Origin: an uncultured delta proteobacterium
GTDB taxonomy: Bacteria; Desulfobacterota; Binatia; UBA9968
Length of the DNA: 64,000 nt
Reading direction: 5' to 3'
Assembly (NCBI GenBank): GCA_963816145.1
Contig: CAWFJP010000017.1
Location: 251,435-315,434 of the forward strand
The first letter of the stretch is position 1; each line of letters begins with the position of its first letter. Shown here one piece after another: positions 1 to 10,305 of the stretch. Both the position numbers and the translations under genes were made by a program. The notes under the pieces were generated by a model. The model saw nothing but the letters and a program-made list of their open reading frames with translations. It searched no databases and had not been told where the DNA came from.

Positions 1-54
1 GTACGATTTTCAGAACTTCAACACATTAGTCTATCCAACAGAGGAATACCGAGA

Positions 55-2106
55 TTGAGTGACGAAAGAAAAGACCTGAACGAGAAAATCAGGTGGCTAC
101 TCCTTCTTCGGGTAGTGATCCTTAGTTTTTTTCTGGGAGCTACGGCTCTCGTCCATTTCTTCCAAGCGGAATGGGACATTAGGTATCTCATCAGTCTCTC
201 TTTACCGCTGATTCTCGCGTACGCGATTTCGATCGGTTCAGCACTGCTCTTGCCGCGGTTGAAGCATCTCCGAGCATTTGCCCATGGGCAGGTAGCTTTG
301 GACGTACTCCTGATCACAGGGATTATCTGGATCACCGGCGATAGCTCTAGCCCGTTTTCTTTTCTTTACAATCTCGCGGTTATCAACGCAGCGATTTTAC
401 TGTTTTATCAAGGCGCGTTAATCGCCGCTGGCATTTCAAGCGTGTGTTACGCAGCGCTTCTTTTGTGGTCGCATCACTTGCTGCAAAATGGCACCAGTAT
501 TCCACTATCGTGGACTGCATTGGTGACGATGGTGATCAACGTCGGCAGTTTCTTCGTAATTGCTGCGCTGAGTGGATATCTCACGGACAAACTGGGCAAA
601 ACGCAGAAGCTGCTACAAGAAAAACAGATAGATTTTCAGGAGCTCGATGCGTTCAAGGAAGCGCTCTTGCAAGGCATCGGTAGCGGCGTAGCTATCACCG
701 ATAGTCAGGGGCGAATCAACTATTTTAATCAGCAAGCGCAGAATTTAACCTCGCTTGGCGAGGCGGATGTGATTGGAAAACGGCTCGACCAAATCTTCCC
801 TGGATTACAATTCGATTTCCAGCGTGGCGGCCGTAGCGGTGCCGTCTTCAACGAAGAGCTTCCGTTACCTGGTTTACAAGGAGTCCCAAAACAAGTGCGT
901 TTGACGCTGGCCCCGCTCAGTGATTCTGACGAACAGCTTCTCGGGTATGTTTCTATTTTCGAGGACATCACAAAACAAAAACAGATCGAAGAAAAAGTTC
1001 GGATCGAGGAAGAACTGCGCAGATCGCGGGAAGTCGAATTACAGGTACCTTCCATTGGATTTGACGACGTGCCTTTTCGCTTCGAAGGAGTCGTGGGTAA
1101 AAGCGGCGGCATGGAAAAGATTTGCCAGCTCATTCAAAAAGTTGCGGTGAGCAGCACTAACGTTTTGATCTCTGGTGAAAGCGGGACGGGTAAGGAGCTG
1201 GTTGCGAGAGCGGTTCACTTAAACGGGCCTCGGCAAAACAAACCCTTCGTGGGAGTCAATTGCGGTGCCATCCCGGAAACGCTGATCGAGAGTGAATTAT
1301 TTGGCCATGTGCGAGGGGCCTTTACCGGTGCGGTGGCGGATCACAGTGGGTTATTCAAACAAGCCGACCAGGGAACCATATTTCTCGACGAAGTGGGCGA
1401 ATTGCCGCTGCATCTCCAAGTAAAACTCTTGCGCATTTTGCAAGAGAAAACCTTCACGCCGGTCGGCGCCAGTAAACCTGTTAAGGTCGATGTGCGCGTG
1501 ATTTCTGCGACCAACCGGGATTTGCGAAAGGAATTGGAAGAAGGCAGATTTCGCGAGGATCTTTTTTATCGGCTAAATGTAGTCAACATGGTCTTACCGC
1601 CACTGCGCAGCCGGAAAGAAGATATTCCTTCCCTCGCCCACTATTTTTTACGGAAATTTGCGGCTTCCCTCAACAAGAATGTCGAAGAAATCTCCAGCGG
1701 TGCCCTTATGCAGCTGATGAATCACACTTATCCGGGAAACGTCCGGGAGTTGGAAAACATCATTGAGCATGCAGTGGCGATAACCAACAAAAATATCGTC
1801 ACGGAAGAAGATCTGCCGCAGCAACTGAGAGGTAAGACGATCATCAACGATAGCAATGTATTCGAGCAAACCGCGCCTGGCGGTGCCGAGGTATTCTTTG
1901 ACAAGGGACTCTCTCTGGATGTGGAGCTAGAGACTCACGAGAAATGCATTTTGCTGGGAGCTCTCAAGCGCGCCAACGGAGTCCAGAAGAAGGCGGCGGA
2001 AATGCTAGGTATCAATTACCGGTCGCTGCGTCACCGCTTGGAAAAATACGACCTTCTAGGAGCAAAAAATCATTCTTTTTCTGAACAAACGAATAATACC
2101 GAGTAA
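55..2106 (+). CDS. Membrane-bound sigma54-dependent activator: PilS-like N-terminal TM domain + PAS + AAA+ + Fis-type HTH (no kinase or receiver domain)
   Basis: N-terminal ~175 aa multi-TM segment resembling PilS; PAS-like segment ([21 protein letters not shown]...FEDIT); Walker [48 protein letters not shown]; C-terminal HTH ([19 protein letters not shown]). TTG start after AGAGGA. Confidence 0.9.
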   Translation: MSDERKDLNEKIRWLLLLRVVILSFFLGATALVHFFQAEWDIRYLISLSLPLILAYAISIGSALLLPRLKHLRAFAHGQVALDVLLITGIIWITGDSSSPFSFLYNLAVINAAILLFYQGALIAAGISSVCYAALLLWSHHLLQNGTSIPLSWTALVTMVINVGSFFVIAALSGYLTDKLGKTQKLLQEKQIDFQELDAFKEALLQGIGSGVAITDSQGRINYFNQQAQNLTSLGEADVIGKRLDQIFPGLQFDFQRGGRSGAVFNEELPLPGLQGVPKQVRLTLAPLSDSDEQLLGYVSIFEDITKQKQIEEKVRIEEELRRSREVELQVPSIGFDDVPFRFEGVVGKSGGMEKICQLIQKVAVSSTNVLISGESGTGKELVARAVHLNGPRQNKPFVGVNCGAIPETLIESELFGHVRGAFTGAVADHSGLFKQADQGTIFLDEVGELPLHLQVKLLRILQEKTFTPVGASKPVKVDVRVISATNRDLRKELEEGRFREDLFYRLNVVNMVLPPLRSRKEDIPSLAHYFLRKFAASLNKNVEEISSGALMQLMNHTYPGNVRELENIIEHAVAITNKNIVTEEDLPQQLRGKTIINDSNVFEQTAPGGAEVFFDKGLSLDVELETHEKCILLGALKRANGVQKKAAEMLGINYRSLRHRLEKYDLLGAKNHSFSEQTNNTE

Positions 2107-2300
2107 CAAATTTTGTCACACCACCAATGTCCGCATTCCGTAAACTTGAATCTCATCCCTAACCAGAGCGCCTCTCATCGTTCAATTCAATCACAGACAG
2201 AACTTCTAACCTGTTGGAATTATGTGATTTCACTCAATTGTGACCGGAGTATTGACGAGATTCTTCCAACTTCAGACCATCATTTTAATTCAGCCATTGT

Positions 2301-2317
2301 TTGGCCTTTCAATTGCT
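2301..2317 (+). promoter_or_regulatory. sigma54 (-24/-12) promoter for pilA
   Basis: TTGGCCTTTCAATTGCT has GG-N10-GC spacing and lies between a sigma54 activator gene and pilA. Confidence 0.75.
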
Positions 2318-2464
2318 TTAGTCGTGATTCAACGTTTTGAATCTTATAACAACTATGCGCAAGGAGGTGGCGATCGACGGCATAGAAGCCATGACAACGG
2401 ATTGTTTCAGAATCGGAAAATCGTCTCAGAGTAACGGTACTTTACGAAAGGGAGTTGTCTAAAG

Positions 2465-2844
2465 ATGAAAAAGTTACGTTTGCAAAGTGATGCAGGTTTT
2501 ACCTTGATCGAATTGTTGGTGGTAGTTGCCATCATAGGTATATTGGCGGCCATCGCGATTCCCCAGTTCGCGGCTTACAGAAAGCGCGGTCATGAGGCAC
2601 AGATTAAGTCCGACTTGAGAAACGCTGCGGTCGCGGAGGAGGCATACTTCGCAGCAAATTCGGTCTATAAAGCAGGTACAATGACCTCGGGTACACCCGC
2701 AGGTTTCAACGCCACTACCGGAGTCACTGTAGTTTCAGCAATCGGACTAACACTTTCCAGTTGACCGCACTCATACGAATTGTTCTGGAAGTACTGGACT
2801 CGAGCAGTACCGGCCAGATCACCGCCAACCAGGCCTGTCAGTAA
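2465..2844 (+). CDS. pilA: Type IVa major pilin; 3' part broken by apparent indels after ~2745
   Basis: Class III signal [11 protein letters not shown]|[24 protein letters not shown]. The track ORF stops at 2764, but other frames continue as [29 protein letters not shown] (TAA 2842-2844), giving a pilin-like C-terminal Cys pair. Confidence 0.9.
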
Positions 2845-2866
2845 CACTGTTTAGCAGTTGATGAAC

Positions 2867-2904
2867 AAAAAAGGGGGTGGCTCTTACGAACCACCCCCTT
2901 TTTT
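2867..2904 (+). terminator. Intrinsic (probably bidirectional) terminator after pilA
   Basis: AAAAAAGGGGGTGG-ctcttacgaa-CCACCCCCTTTTTT hairpin with A and T tails. Confidence 0.85.
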
Positions 2905-2966
2905 CTATCTCATTTTTTCCAAGACAGGCAATTAATTATGAGTTCGAGAGTGGCAAAGGGTCCGCA

Positions 2967-5354
2967 TTGAAATCTAAGCGATTAGAAATAGGGGCAGTTG
3001 TCGTAGTAATAGCCTGCCTCTTGTGGTTTTGTCAGGATCTGGTCTTTGATGGCGAGGTGCCGTTTTATCGCGACTTAACCAATTATTTCTATCCGTTGCG
3101 TCATAGCCTATGGGAGAGCTTCCGAATTGGCGATCTTGGTCTCTGGAATCGCCATTTTGCTCAAGGCTTTCCAAACCTCGCCGCTTTTCAGACCGGGGTA
3201 TTTTATCCACCGCACTGGACTTTTTTGGTTTTACCCTTATATGCGTCGCTTCGCACACTTTTTATTTTTCATTTCCTAGTTGCTGGTTTGGGTAGTTATT
3301 TGTTGCTACGGCGTGGGCACTACAGCACGACTGGGCAAATCATCGGGGCCCGTTGTTTCCCTTAGGCGGGATAGTGGTTTCACTAACCAACCTTCTCAAT
3401 CATTTCCAATCAGCAGTCTGGCTCCCATGGCTTCTAGTCACATGGGAGCGGTTACTGCTTTCGCCACGGTGGCGTTGTTTCGTCGACTTTACCCTGATTG
3501 CGTCACTGCAGTTCCTAGCCGGGTCGCCGGAGATCACCGCCCTGAGCATGTTTCTAGCGCTGGTCAAAGGATTTTCACTTCGTCCATCACAAACGCAAAT
3601 TACTTCGGGCCGGATAATTGGCTTCGCGATCCTTGGTAACATAGTCATGCTGAGCTTGATTATGGTCCAAGTTCTGCCGACCGTGGAACTTATCTTAGAG
3701 TCCCGGCGCGGTCATTCAATCCCGGCATCTGAGTCATTCATGTGGTCGCTTGAGCCGCTGAGTTTGATCAATCTATTTTTGCCTGACAGTGAAGTTGATC
3801 GTTCTATCGGCGTTGGAATTGTCTATTATTTTGGCCGAAAAGTACCGCTCTTTTTATCCATGTATTTGGGACTTATTAGCCTCTACGGAATCGCCTTATG
3901 GATGTACTATAGCGCACGCCGGGAAATCATCGCTTTGACCTTCCTGATTTTAATGTCATTGGCGCTCGCCATGGGGGGTAACGCCCTAGTATATCCGTTC
4001 TTTTTCCATTATCTGCCGTTTCTCTCCGCGGTCCGTTTCCCAGAAAAATTTTTCTTTATTGCCAACGCACTTTTGATCGTGGTCAGCTTGAGCGGATTAC
4101 AGAGTTTCCTGATGGACGACTCCAAGAGAATGAAAGGGGCGCCGGTTATTCTTGGTACGATTTGTTTGAGCTGGCTCGGTTTGTATCTCTATCTAAACTT
4201 CCATTCGGAGATACTTAGCAATTTTATTGCGCTCAGTTATCGAGACGCAGCATCCCCAAAAGGGATCGGTGATTTGACGATCGGCGCTTTGACGAACATA
4301 CAACGACAGGTAATTTTGTCCTTCGCGATTTTGTTTCTACTGTTGTTCACCAAAACAGGCAAAATACGACCTGTCCTATTTTCCGTGTTGCTGGTTGCGG
4401 TGGTTTACGTCGACCTCACCTGGGCGCATAAGAGTTATCTCTTTCCGGTCCATCCTGAAAAACTCTTGGCGTCGCCGCCCATTATTGACCCAGCGCAGAC
4501 CCAACAAACCAGATTATTCTATTATCCCTCAGCAAATGATCTTCACCCAGCGTATTTAACCGTACGCGGTCAGCCGACTTTTGAACAAGCAGTCGCGCTC
4601 TCGTATCAAAATTACCTGCCCAATGTTGGCACGCTCTACGGCATCGACTATTTTCAAGAAATTGACGCGCTCGGTCGGCGCGACTATAGCGATTTCCTGA
4701 AGGTAGCTAACGGCCTGCCGTTGGAGGGGCAAATAAAATTGCTCGGTACGTTTAATGTAAAATATCTGGTTAGTTTCCGTAATTTGCCGGAGCGAGATAT
4801 TCACCTAGTGCGCCGGTTCCCGCAATACCTCTCATGGCTTTATGAGATCAAGTCGGTTGTGCCACGGGCATATATCGTCACCAAATTTTCTGTGGAAAAG
4901 GAATCGGTAAAAATTTTGCAGCGGCTCTCCGTTAAAGACTTTGATCCACTAAGGGAAGTTGTCCTCGATTCAGATGTTTCACTTGTTCCGCCGGCTTCGT
5001 CTTCTGCTCGGGTTGACATTCAGCGCTACGAAAATAGCATAGTTACCATCGTTACGGCGACCTGGCGAAAGCATTTTAGTTTTGGCAGATTCCTTCTATC
5101 CGGGCTGGAAGGCATATGTGGATGGTACTGAGACCGCAATTCTTCGCGCCAATCACTTCTATCGGGCCGTGCGATTACCTAGTGGAGTACATCAAGTCGA
5201 ATTTCGCTACGAACCTCGGTCGTTCATGATTGGCGCGATGATTTCACTGGCCACTCTGATTGTGATGATTTTGATATCGATCCGCCTGTTCGTGCGACAG
5301 CGCAAATGTGCCCCCTCGCGCGTTGTCGCTTCTGTAGAAATGCTGCAAATTTAA
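2967..5354 (+). CDS. YfhO-family polytopic membrane protein (GT-C-like, candidate pilin glycosyltransferase), split by two frameshifts
   Basis: Three overlapping ORFs (2877-3365, 3353-5131, 5082-5354) join into one protein with RDLTNYFYP, LWNRHFAQGFP...FYPP, RFPEKF and a C-terminal DSFYPGWKAYVDG...GVHQVEFRYEP typical of YfhO. Breaks near 3350 and 5065. Confidence 0.75.
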
Positions 5355-6112
5355 TGAATCAAATCGAGAGTGGGTCTGCCGCCATCAAAGCGGCCTCGGG
5401 ACCTGGTCAAGGCCAGCGTCCCGTGGCGATCATTGTCGCTTTATTCATACTTATATTTGTAGCTATTTCACTGAGTGCCGTGCGACAAAAATCACCCACT
5501 GCCGATGAAACTTTTCATTTGGCTTCGGGTTATAGCTATTTGAAGTGGGCGGATTTTCGACTTAATCCAGAGCATCCACCCTTAGCCAAACTGATTGCAG
5601 CGTTGCCATTGTTGGCTCTCAACAACGACGACACGCCACTGACCAGGGAACAGCGAGATACAGTACAGGTCAATGGAGTCAACGGCTGGCGGTTGGCAAA
5701 CCAATGGATATTTTCCCGCAACGATGCTGAGTCAATGCTCATTTATGCTCGACTGCCCATGCTTTTGGTGGCGGGATTACTTGGCTTATTGGTATTCGCT
5801 TGGACGCGGGAACTCTACGGTTTGTCCGCCGCTTTTGCGTCACTAGTTCTTTACGTTTTCGATCCGAACATGTTGGCTTACGCCCCGCTGATTCACACGG
5901 ATATCCCGTTTGCGCTGACCCTGTTTGGCGGCACTTATTTTTTTTGGCGCACGTTGAGAGAAATCACTTGGCTCAACTGGTTGACAACCGTGGTGTTTTT
6001 TTCGGCAGCGGCGATTACCAAGTTCTCTTTCATAGTCGTACCGCCGATCTGGGGTGTTTTGGCTATTGCACGAGTTGTTTCATCAGAACCGCTGCACTCC
6101 AGGGCCAGTTGA
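5354..6112 (+). pseudogene. ArnT/PMT-like (GT-C) glycosyltransferase, probably 3'-truncated
   Basis: SPTADETFHL, NPEHPPLAK, ARLP, IHTD, TKFS motifs; only ~250 aa, ending soon after the TK motif, whereas these proteins are usually about twice as long. Confidence 0.65.
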
Positions 6113-6113
6113 T

Positions 6114-6145
6114 AGAAGGGGGTGGCCACTGGGCCACCCCTTTCT
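6114..6145 (+). terminator. Intrinsic terminator-like hairpin
   Basis: AGAAGGGGGTGGCC-actg-GGCCACCCCTTTCT followed by a T-rich run. Confidence 0.7.
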
Positions 6146-6411
6146 TGTGTTACATGTAAACCGATCCGTTAAAAGTGATTCTCGATAATCTTAATTGCTA
6201 ATCGTTATGCGCTGTTCTTGCGCAAAACACCCGTGGCCTCGATCGGCCATTTCATTCTTGTTTACCGCGCTAAAAAGTGAACCCAAAGTTTTTCTCGCGC
6301 GGTCGCGTTCGACAACAATTTCGCAGTAAGCCAGTGACGTAGTTGCTGTACTAGCCAAGACCCGTCATCCGCCTTATAATAGCAGTAGTAACAATCCTAA
6401 GGAGCATCGAT

Positions 6412-6822
6412 ATGAAAAACTTTCTAATATTGACCTTGGTCTCAGTCCCTCAGCTTTTCTTAATGACCCCAGTGTTTGCCCAAGCCTTCGGCGAGTACGG
6501 CAGAGCAGTTGGTGGACTTCCTCAGGGTGTGGGCCCGAGAACCCCGGGAAGCGCACCGCAAGCAGGTTCGGGAACGGGAGAGTTTGGCAATCTCGGTGGT
6601 AGAGCACTCCCAATCCGTCTCGTGGTGGCGACTAAGGAAGCCGGCTTATATCCTAAACAGGATGACGAATCGGAAAAACTTGGCCAACTTGCACAGGGAG
6701 AAACCCTGGTGCCGATGGTGCAAAGCAGCGGCGGCAACGACTGGTATATGGTTAAGACCCAGAAAGGTGTGATTGGGTGGGTGAAATCTGTCGATGTCAA
6801 AGAGGAGAAAGCAAAAAAATAA
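6412..6822 (+). CDS. Secreted protein with C-terminal SH3b-like domain
   Basis: AAGGAG RBS; signal peptide ending VFA|QA; KLGQLAQGETL...DWYMVKTQKGVIGWV is an SH3b pattern. Confidence 0.75.
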   Translation: MKNFLILTLVSVPQLFLMTPVFAQAFGEYGRAVGGLPQGVGPRTPGSAPQAGSGTGEFGNLGGRALPIRLVVATKEAGLYPKQDDESEKLGQLAQGETLVPMVQSSGGNDWYMVKTQKGVIGWVKSVDVKEEKAKK

Positions 6823-7018
6823 AGTTTTAGTTTATGCGACGAGGCAAGAAGGTCGATTCGACATCGAGCACGATACATCGGGCAGATCGGCTACCCATTT
6901 CAATTAATTTGAGAAGTAGGCGTTTTCACCCTGCTAAATTACCGCACGTCGCATCAAATTTATTCCCCAGATTTCTCGCAATGGCTCGATTGTATCCAAC
7001 AATATGACGGTGGCAGAG

Positions 7019-7033
7019 TGGCATTCATGCTGC
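7019..7033 (+). promoter_or_regulatory. Second candidate sigma54 promoter
   Basis: TGGCATTCATGCTGC, GG-N10-GC spacing. Confidence 0.5.
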
Positions 7034-7046
7034 TCTACCACCGACT

Positions 7047-7205
7047 ATGATATTCCCTTTCCTCAAAACGAAAAAAATTCTCATTCCAGACGTACCGCCG
7101 CCAAGCGCTCGAGAGTCCGAAGCAGGGCTGGTGATCGCCGGGATCGGAATTTTCTGCGCTTCGGTGGTAATTGCGGCGATGCTTTTCGTCTTTCTCGGCG
7201 CTTAA
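7047..7205 (+). CDS. Small (52 aa) single-TM protein, not in ORF track
   Basis: MIFPFLKTKKILIPDVPPPSARESEAGLVIAGIGIFCASVVIAAMLFVFLGA*, with a C-terminal hydrophobic helix, directly downstream of the sigma54-like motif. Confidence 0.45.
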   Translation: MIFPFLKTKKILIPDVPPPSARESEAGLVIAGIGIFCASVVIAAMLFVFLGA

Positions 7206-7438
7206 ATTGCGGCCGGCGGTTTGTGCCACTGATCGGAGACGGTGATTCATGACATGTGCATTTAGAGTTTTTTCTTTGGCCGCCCTTCTCTTGCTCGTCG
7301 CTTAACCGACAATTAGCCCAACTCCTCGGCGGTCACCCAAAAGCGGCCATTTATGGTCACCTCAAAACCGGCCATTAAATAACGGTAGAAGCGTGCGAGA
7401 CATTGACGGCGCAGCGAAGCCTTTTAGGCTCGCGCGCC

Positions 7439-9059
7439 ATGAGCAATGTCTTGAACGAAGAAAAACAACAACAAGTACTCGTCCTTGGGCGACTTCAGTG
7501 GTCGCTGCGGCGCATCGAGGAACAGATTGGTGTTCGCCGAGAGACCGTCAGCGCGTATCTCAAAGCGGCTGGGATCGCTGTTCGCGGCCGTGGTCGCCCG
7601 GGGCGACGAGAAGTCTCAGCCCCAAGCCGTGAGCCAACGGCCAATTCGAGCGCGGCAAAACCGGCCAATCAGGTGACCACCGACTCTGGTGGGCCACCCG
7701 CAGACAAACCGCAAGCTGCACCGACAGGTCCCAGTCCCAGCGCCAGTACCTGCGAACCGTATCGCGAGAGCATAGAGCTTTGGCTGAGCCGTGGACGTAA
7801 CGCCACAGCCATCTGGCAAGACCTGGTCGATCAGCACGGCTATAGCGGCGGCTATCAAACGGTCAAGCGTTTCGTCCGTAAGCTGCACGGCACTCACTGC
7901 CCTCAAGCCGTCGGTATTATTCTGACGGCACCTGGCGAAGAAGCCCAAGTCGATTACGGCACCGGTCCGATGGTGCGCGACGAGCAAAGTGGCAAGTACC
8001 GACGCACTCGGCTGTTCGTCATGACTCTGGGCTACAGCCGCAAGGCGGTACGGTCTGTTGGTCTTTCGCTCCAGTTCCCAGACCTGGGCCGAGCTCCACG
8101 AGAAAGCTTTTCGCCGTCTGGGCGGCACGACGCGTGTCGTGGTGCTCGACAATTTGCGTGAAGGCGTGCTCAAGGCCGACATCAACGATCCCACCCTCAA
8201 TCCACTGTACCGCGATGTGCTGTCACACTACGGCGTGGTAGCCATGCCGTGCCGTGTCCGAGACCCGGATCGAAAAGGCAAAGTTGAAGCCGGCGTCGGA
8301 CACGCCCAGAAAACTCCGCTCAAGGGGCAGCGCTTCGAGAGCTTGGAAGAGGCTCAAGCCTATCTCGATCACTGGGAGAAGCGCTGGGCCGATACCCGCA
8401 TACATGGCACCACCAAGCGCCAAGTGGCAGTCATGTTCGCCGAGGAAAAGCCGTTCTTACAGCCGTTGCCGATTGAACCGTTTCGCTACTACCAGTACGG
8501 CGAGCGGGTGGTCCATCTCGATGGCTGTGTCGAAGTGGAGCGGGCTTACTACGGACTACCCTCAGGCTGGATCGGTCGGCAGGTCAAAGTCCAATGGGAT
8601 GCTCTGCATGTGCGTATCCTCGATCCCAAGAATTATCAGCTCTTGCGCGAACACCTGCGCCAGTTCCCCGGCAACTACCGCATCAACGACGAGGATCGCT
8701 CTAAGAAAACTCCGCTCTCCACCGTGCAACTGTTGGCCCGAGCTGCCAAGGCCGGTCCCCATATCGGCCAGCTCTGCCAGGCGATCTATCGCAACGAAGC
8801 CCAACTCGGCATCCGCCGTATTCTCGGTGTCATGGCGCTCGCCAAAAAGCATGGCGTGGCTGCTGTCGACGATGCCTGCGCTGCGGCTCTCGATCTGGGC
8901 GTGGAGAGCTACCGCTTCGTGCGCCGCTATCTGGAACGCCGTCCCCAGCTCTCGCTGCGCCATGTCGATCCGCTGATCCGGGAACTGTCCGAATACCGTG
9001 ATCTGATCAACCTCAGAACCAAAGACAATGAAAAGGAGCAAGAAAATGAATCTGATTGA
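7439..9059 (+). CDS. istA: IS21 transposase IstA (one extra base near 8055)
   Basis: N-terminal HTH, PGEEAQVDYG, VVLDNLREGV, DPDRKGKVEAGV, RIHGTT. Removing one base restores RKAVRLLVFRSS. Confidence 0.88.
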
Positions 9060-9801
9060 ACTCAACCGTGCCTTGAAGCAACTGCGCCTGGGCGGTATGG
9101 CCGCCGTCTTGGAAACCCGTTTACTCCAGGCTCAGGCCCAATCGATGGCCCCCATCGATCTGATCTCCTGTCTGATCTCCGATGAACTCTCGCGCAGGAG
9201 TAATCGATTGCTGGAGCGGCGCCAAAAACAAACGCAGTTTCGTGACCCGCAGAAAACTCTGGACAGCTTCGATTTCTCTTTCAACAAGAAACTCAACCGT
9301 AGTCTTGTCTTCGATCTGGCCACCGCCGGCTTTATCGCTAAGCATGAAGACGCCCTCTTTTTAGGTCCGCCCGGCACCGGTAAGTCGCATTTGGCTCAGG
9401 CTATAGGTCTGGCTGCCATCCAACAAAACTACCGCGTGCTCTACCGTGAAACCCATACGCTTCTCGATGAGATCGCTGAAGCCACCATCGACGGCTCGCG
9501 CAAGCAACACATGGAACTACTGGCCACCGTGCCGCTGCTCATCATCGATGATCTCGGTATGCGTAAACTCCCATCGACAGCGGCTGAGGATCTGCTGGAA
9601 ATCGTCATGCGCCGCTACGAGCGGGCCAGCACTTTGATGACCTCCAATCGCCCGGTGGAGGACTGGGGCAAATTACTCGGCGATAGCGCAGCGGTCTCGG
9701 CCATGCTCGATCGCTTACTGCATCACGGCCATGTCCTAAAATGCGGCCCTCGTAGTTGGAGAACTAAAATGGACTTGCCTGATCAGGAGGCAAAAAGCTA
9801 A
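9046..9801 (+). CDS. istB: IS21 helper ATPase IstB
   Basis: GPPGTGKSHLA, LLIIDDLG, TSNR, AMLDRLLHH; AAGGAG RBS. Confidence 0.93.
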   Translation: MNLIELNRALKQLRLGGMAAVLETRLLQAQAQSMAPIDLISCLISDELSRRSNRLLERRQKQTQFRDPQKTLDSFDFSFNKKLNRSLVFDLATAGFIAKHEDALFLGPPGTGKSHLAQAIGLAAIQQNYRVLYRETHTLLDEIAEATIDGSRKQHMELLATVPLLIIDDLGMRKLPSTAAEDLLEIVMRRYERASTLMTSNRPVEDWGKLLGDSAAVSAMLDRLLHHGHVLKCGPRSWRTKMDLPDQEAKS

Positions 9802-9920
9802 AACTATCCTGTCTCACGCGCTCCCGGTTAAATGGCCGGTTTTGAAGTGACCATAAATGACCGCTTTTGAGGTGACCATTGAGGCCCACGGCCCTCTCGC
9901 GACTTTTCACCCGTTAAATA

Positions 9921-10074
9921 GGGTACTCGAGGATCAAAATCTGCTGAAGTTGTTGGTACCAATATTGACTTCAACGAGGTCTAAGGTGTTTCTGACAGTG
10001 ATCATAATTACCTTGGGCATCGCCGACAACACCCCAAAAAAGTGTCGTGAAAAGCGTTGTGAAATGAACGGCAA
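9921..10074. repeat. Diverged direct repeat, copy A (copy B 41250-41403)
   Basis: Ungapped 154-bp alignment at offset 31329, 117/154 identical by hand count; the last 39 bp differ at 2 positions. Confidence 0.85.
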
Positions 10075-10305
10075 TTTTCTCCACCGCTTCCGCTTTGTGA
10101 CTTGGTCTCAAGTGAGAGCATTTTTGCAGCATCTCCAGCTCCTTCCGGCCGCCGAGTTCGTGGATGGTTCGCAGGTCCACTCCTCCGGCCATCGCCAACC
10201 TGCTTGCGAATTGACAAATTTGTCAATTATGACACGACACTTTGTGGTCCACTCCTCCGGCCATCGCCAACCTGCTTGCGAAGGTATGGCGCAGGGTATT
10301 TGGAC
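9971..10305 (-). pseudogene. Tyrosine recombinase/integrase C-terminal remnant
   Basis: Minus strand reads TLRHTFASRLAMAGGVD...LRTIHELGGRKELEMLQKCSHLRPSHKAEAVEKI, the box II region; the catalytic Tyr position reads C and no N-terminal part is recognisable. Confidence 0.8.
10174..10282. repeat. 37-bp perfect direct repeat (10174-10210, 10246-10282) around a 35-bp spacer
   Basis: GGTCCACTCCTCCGGCCATCGCCAACCTGCTTGCGAA twice; perfect palindrome AATTGACAAATTTGTCAATT at 10209-10228. Confidence 0.9.

Larger units (their letters stand above)
7324..9884 (+). mobile_element. IS21-family insertion sequence
   Basis: istA-istB pair. Terminal inverted repeats with internal tandem repeats: left CCTCGGCGGTCACCCAAAAGCGGCCATTTATGGTCACCTCAAAACCGGCCATT, right AATGGCCGGTTTTGAAGTGACCATAAATGACCGCTTTTGAGGTGACCATTGAGG. 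No clear target-site duplication. Confidence 0.92.

Noticed and set aside
2391-2462. 23-codon uORF ending just before pilA
   Set aside because: No recognisable features, and the AGGAGGT at ~2362 is too far from its ATG.
2740-5100. Phase variation or true pseudogenisation of pilA and the YfhO-like gene
   Set aside because: The breaks are not at long homopolymer or repeat tracts and similar indels occur in unrelated genes; sequencing error is the simpler explanation, though reads are needed to confirm.
8040-8070. Programmed frameshift in istA
   Set aside because: No slippery sequence; one extra base explains it, and IS21 istA does not normally need an internal frameshift.
7310-9895. Target-site duplication around the IS21
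   Set aside because: Flanks (GCCCAACT and CCCACGGC) do not form an exact direct repeat at the element ends.
10174-10282. CRISPR array
   Set aside because: Only two repeats, the repeat is integrase coding sequence, and there are no cas genes in the window; kept as an unexplained duplication.
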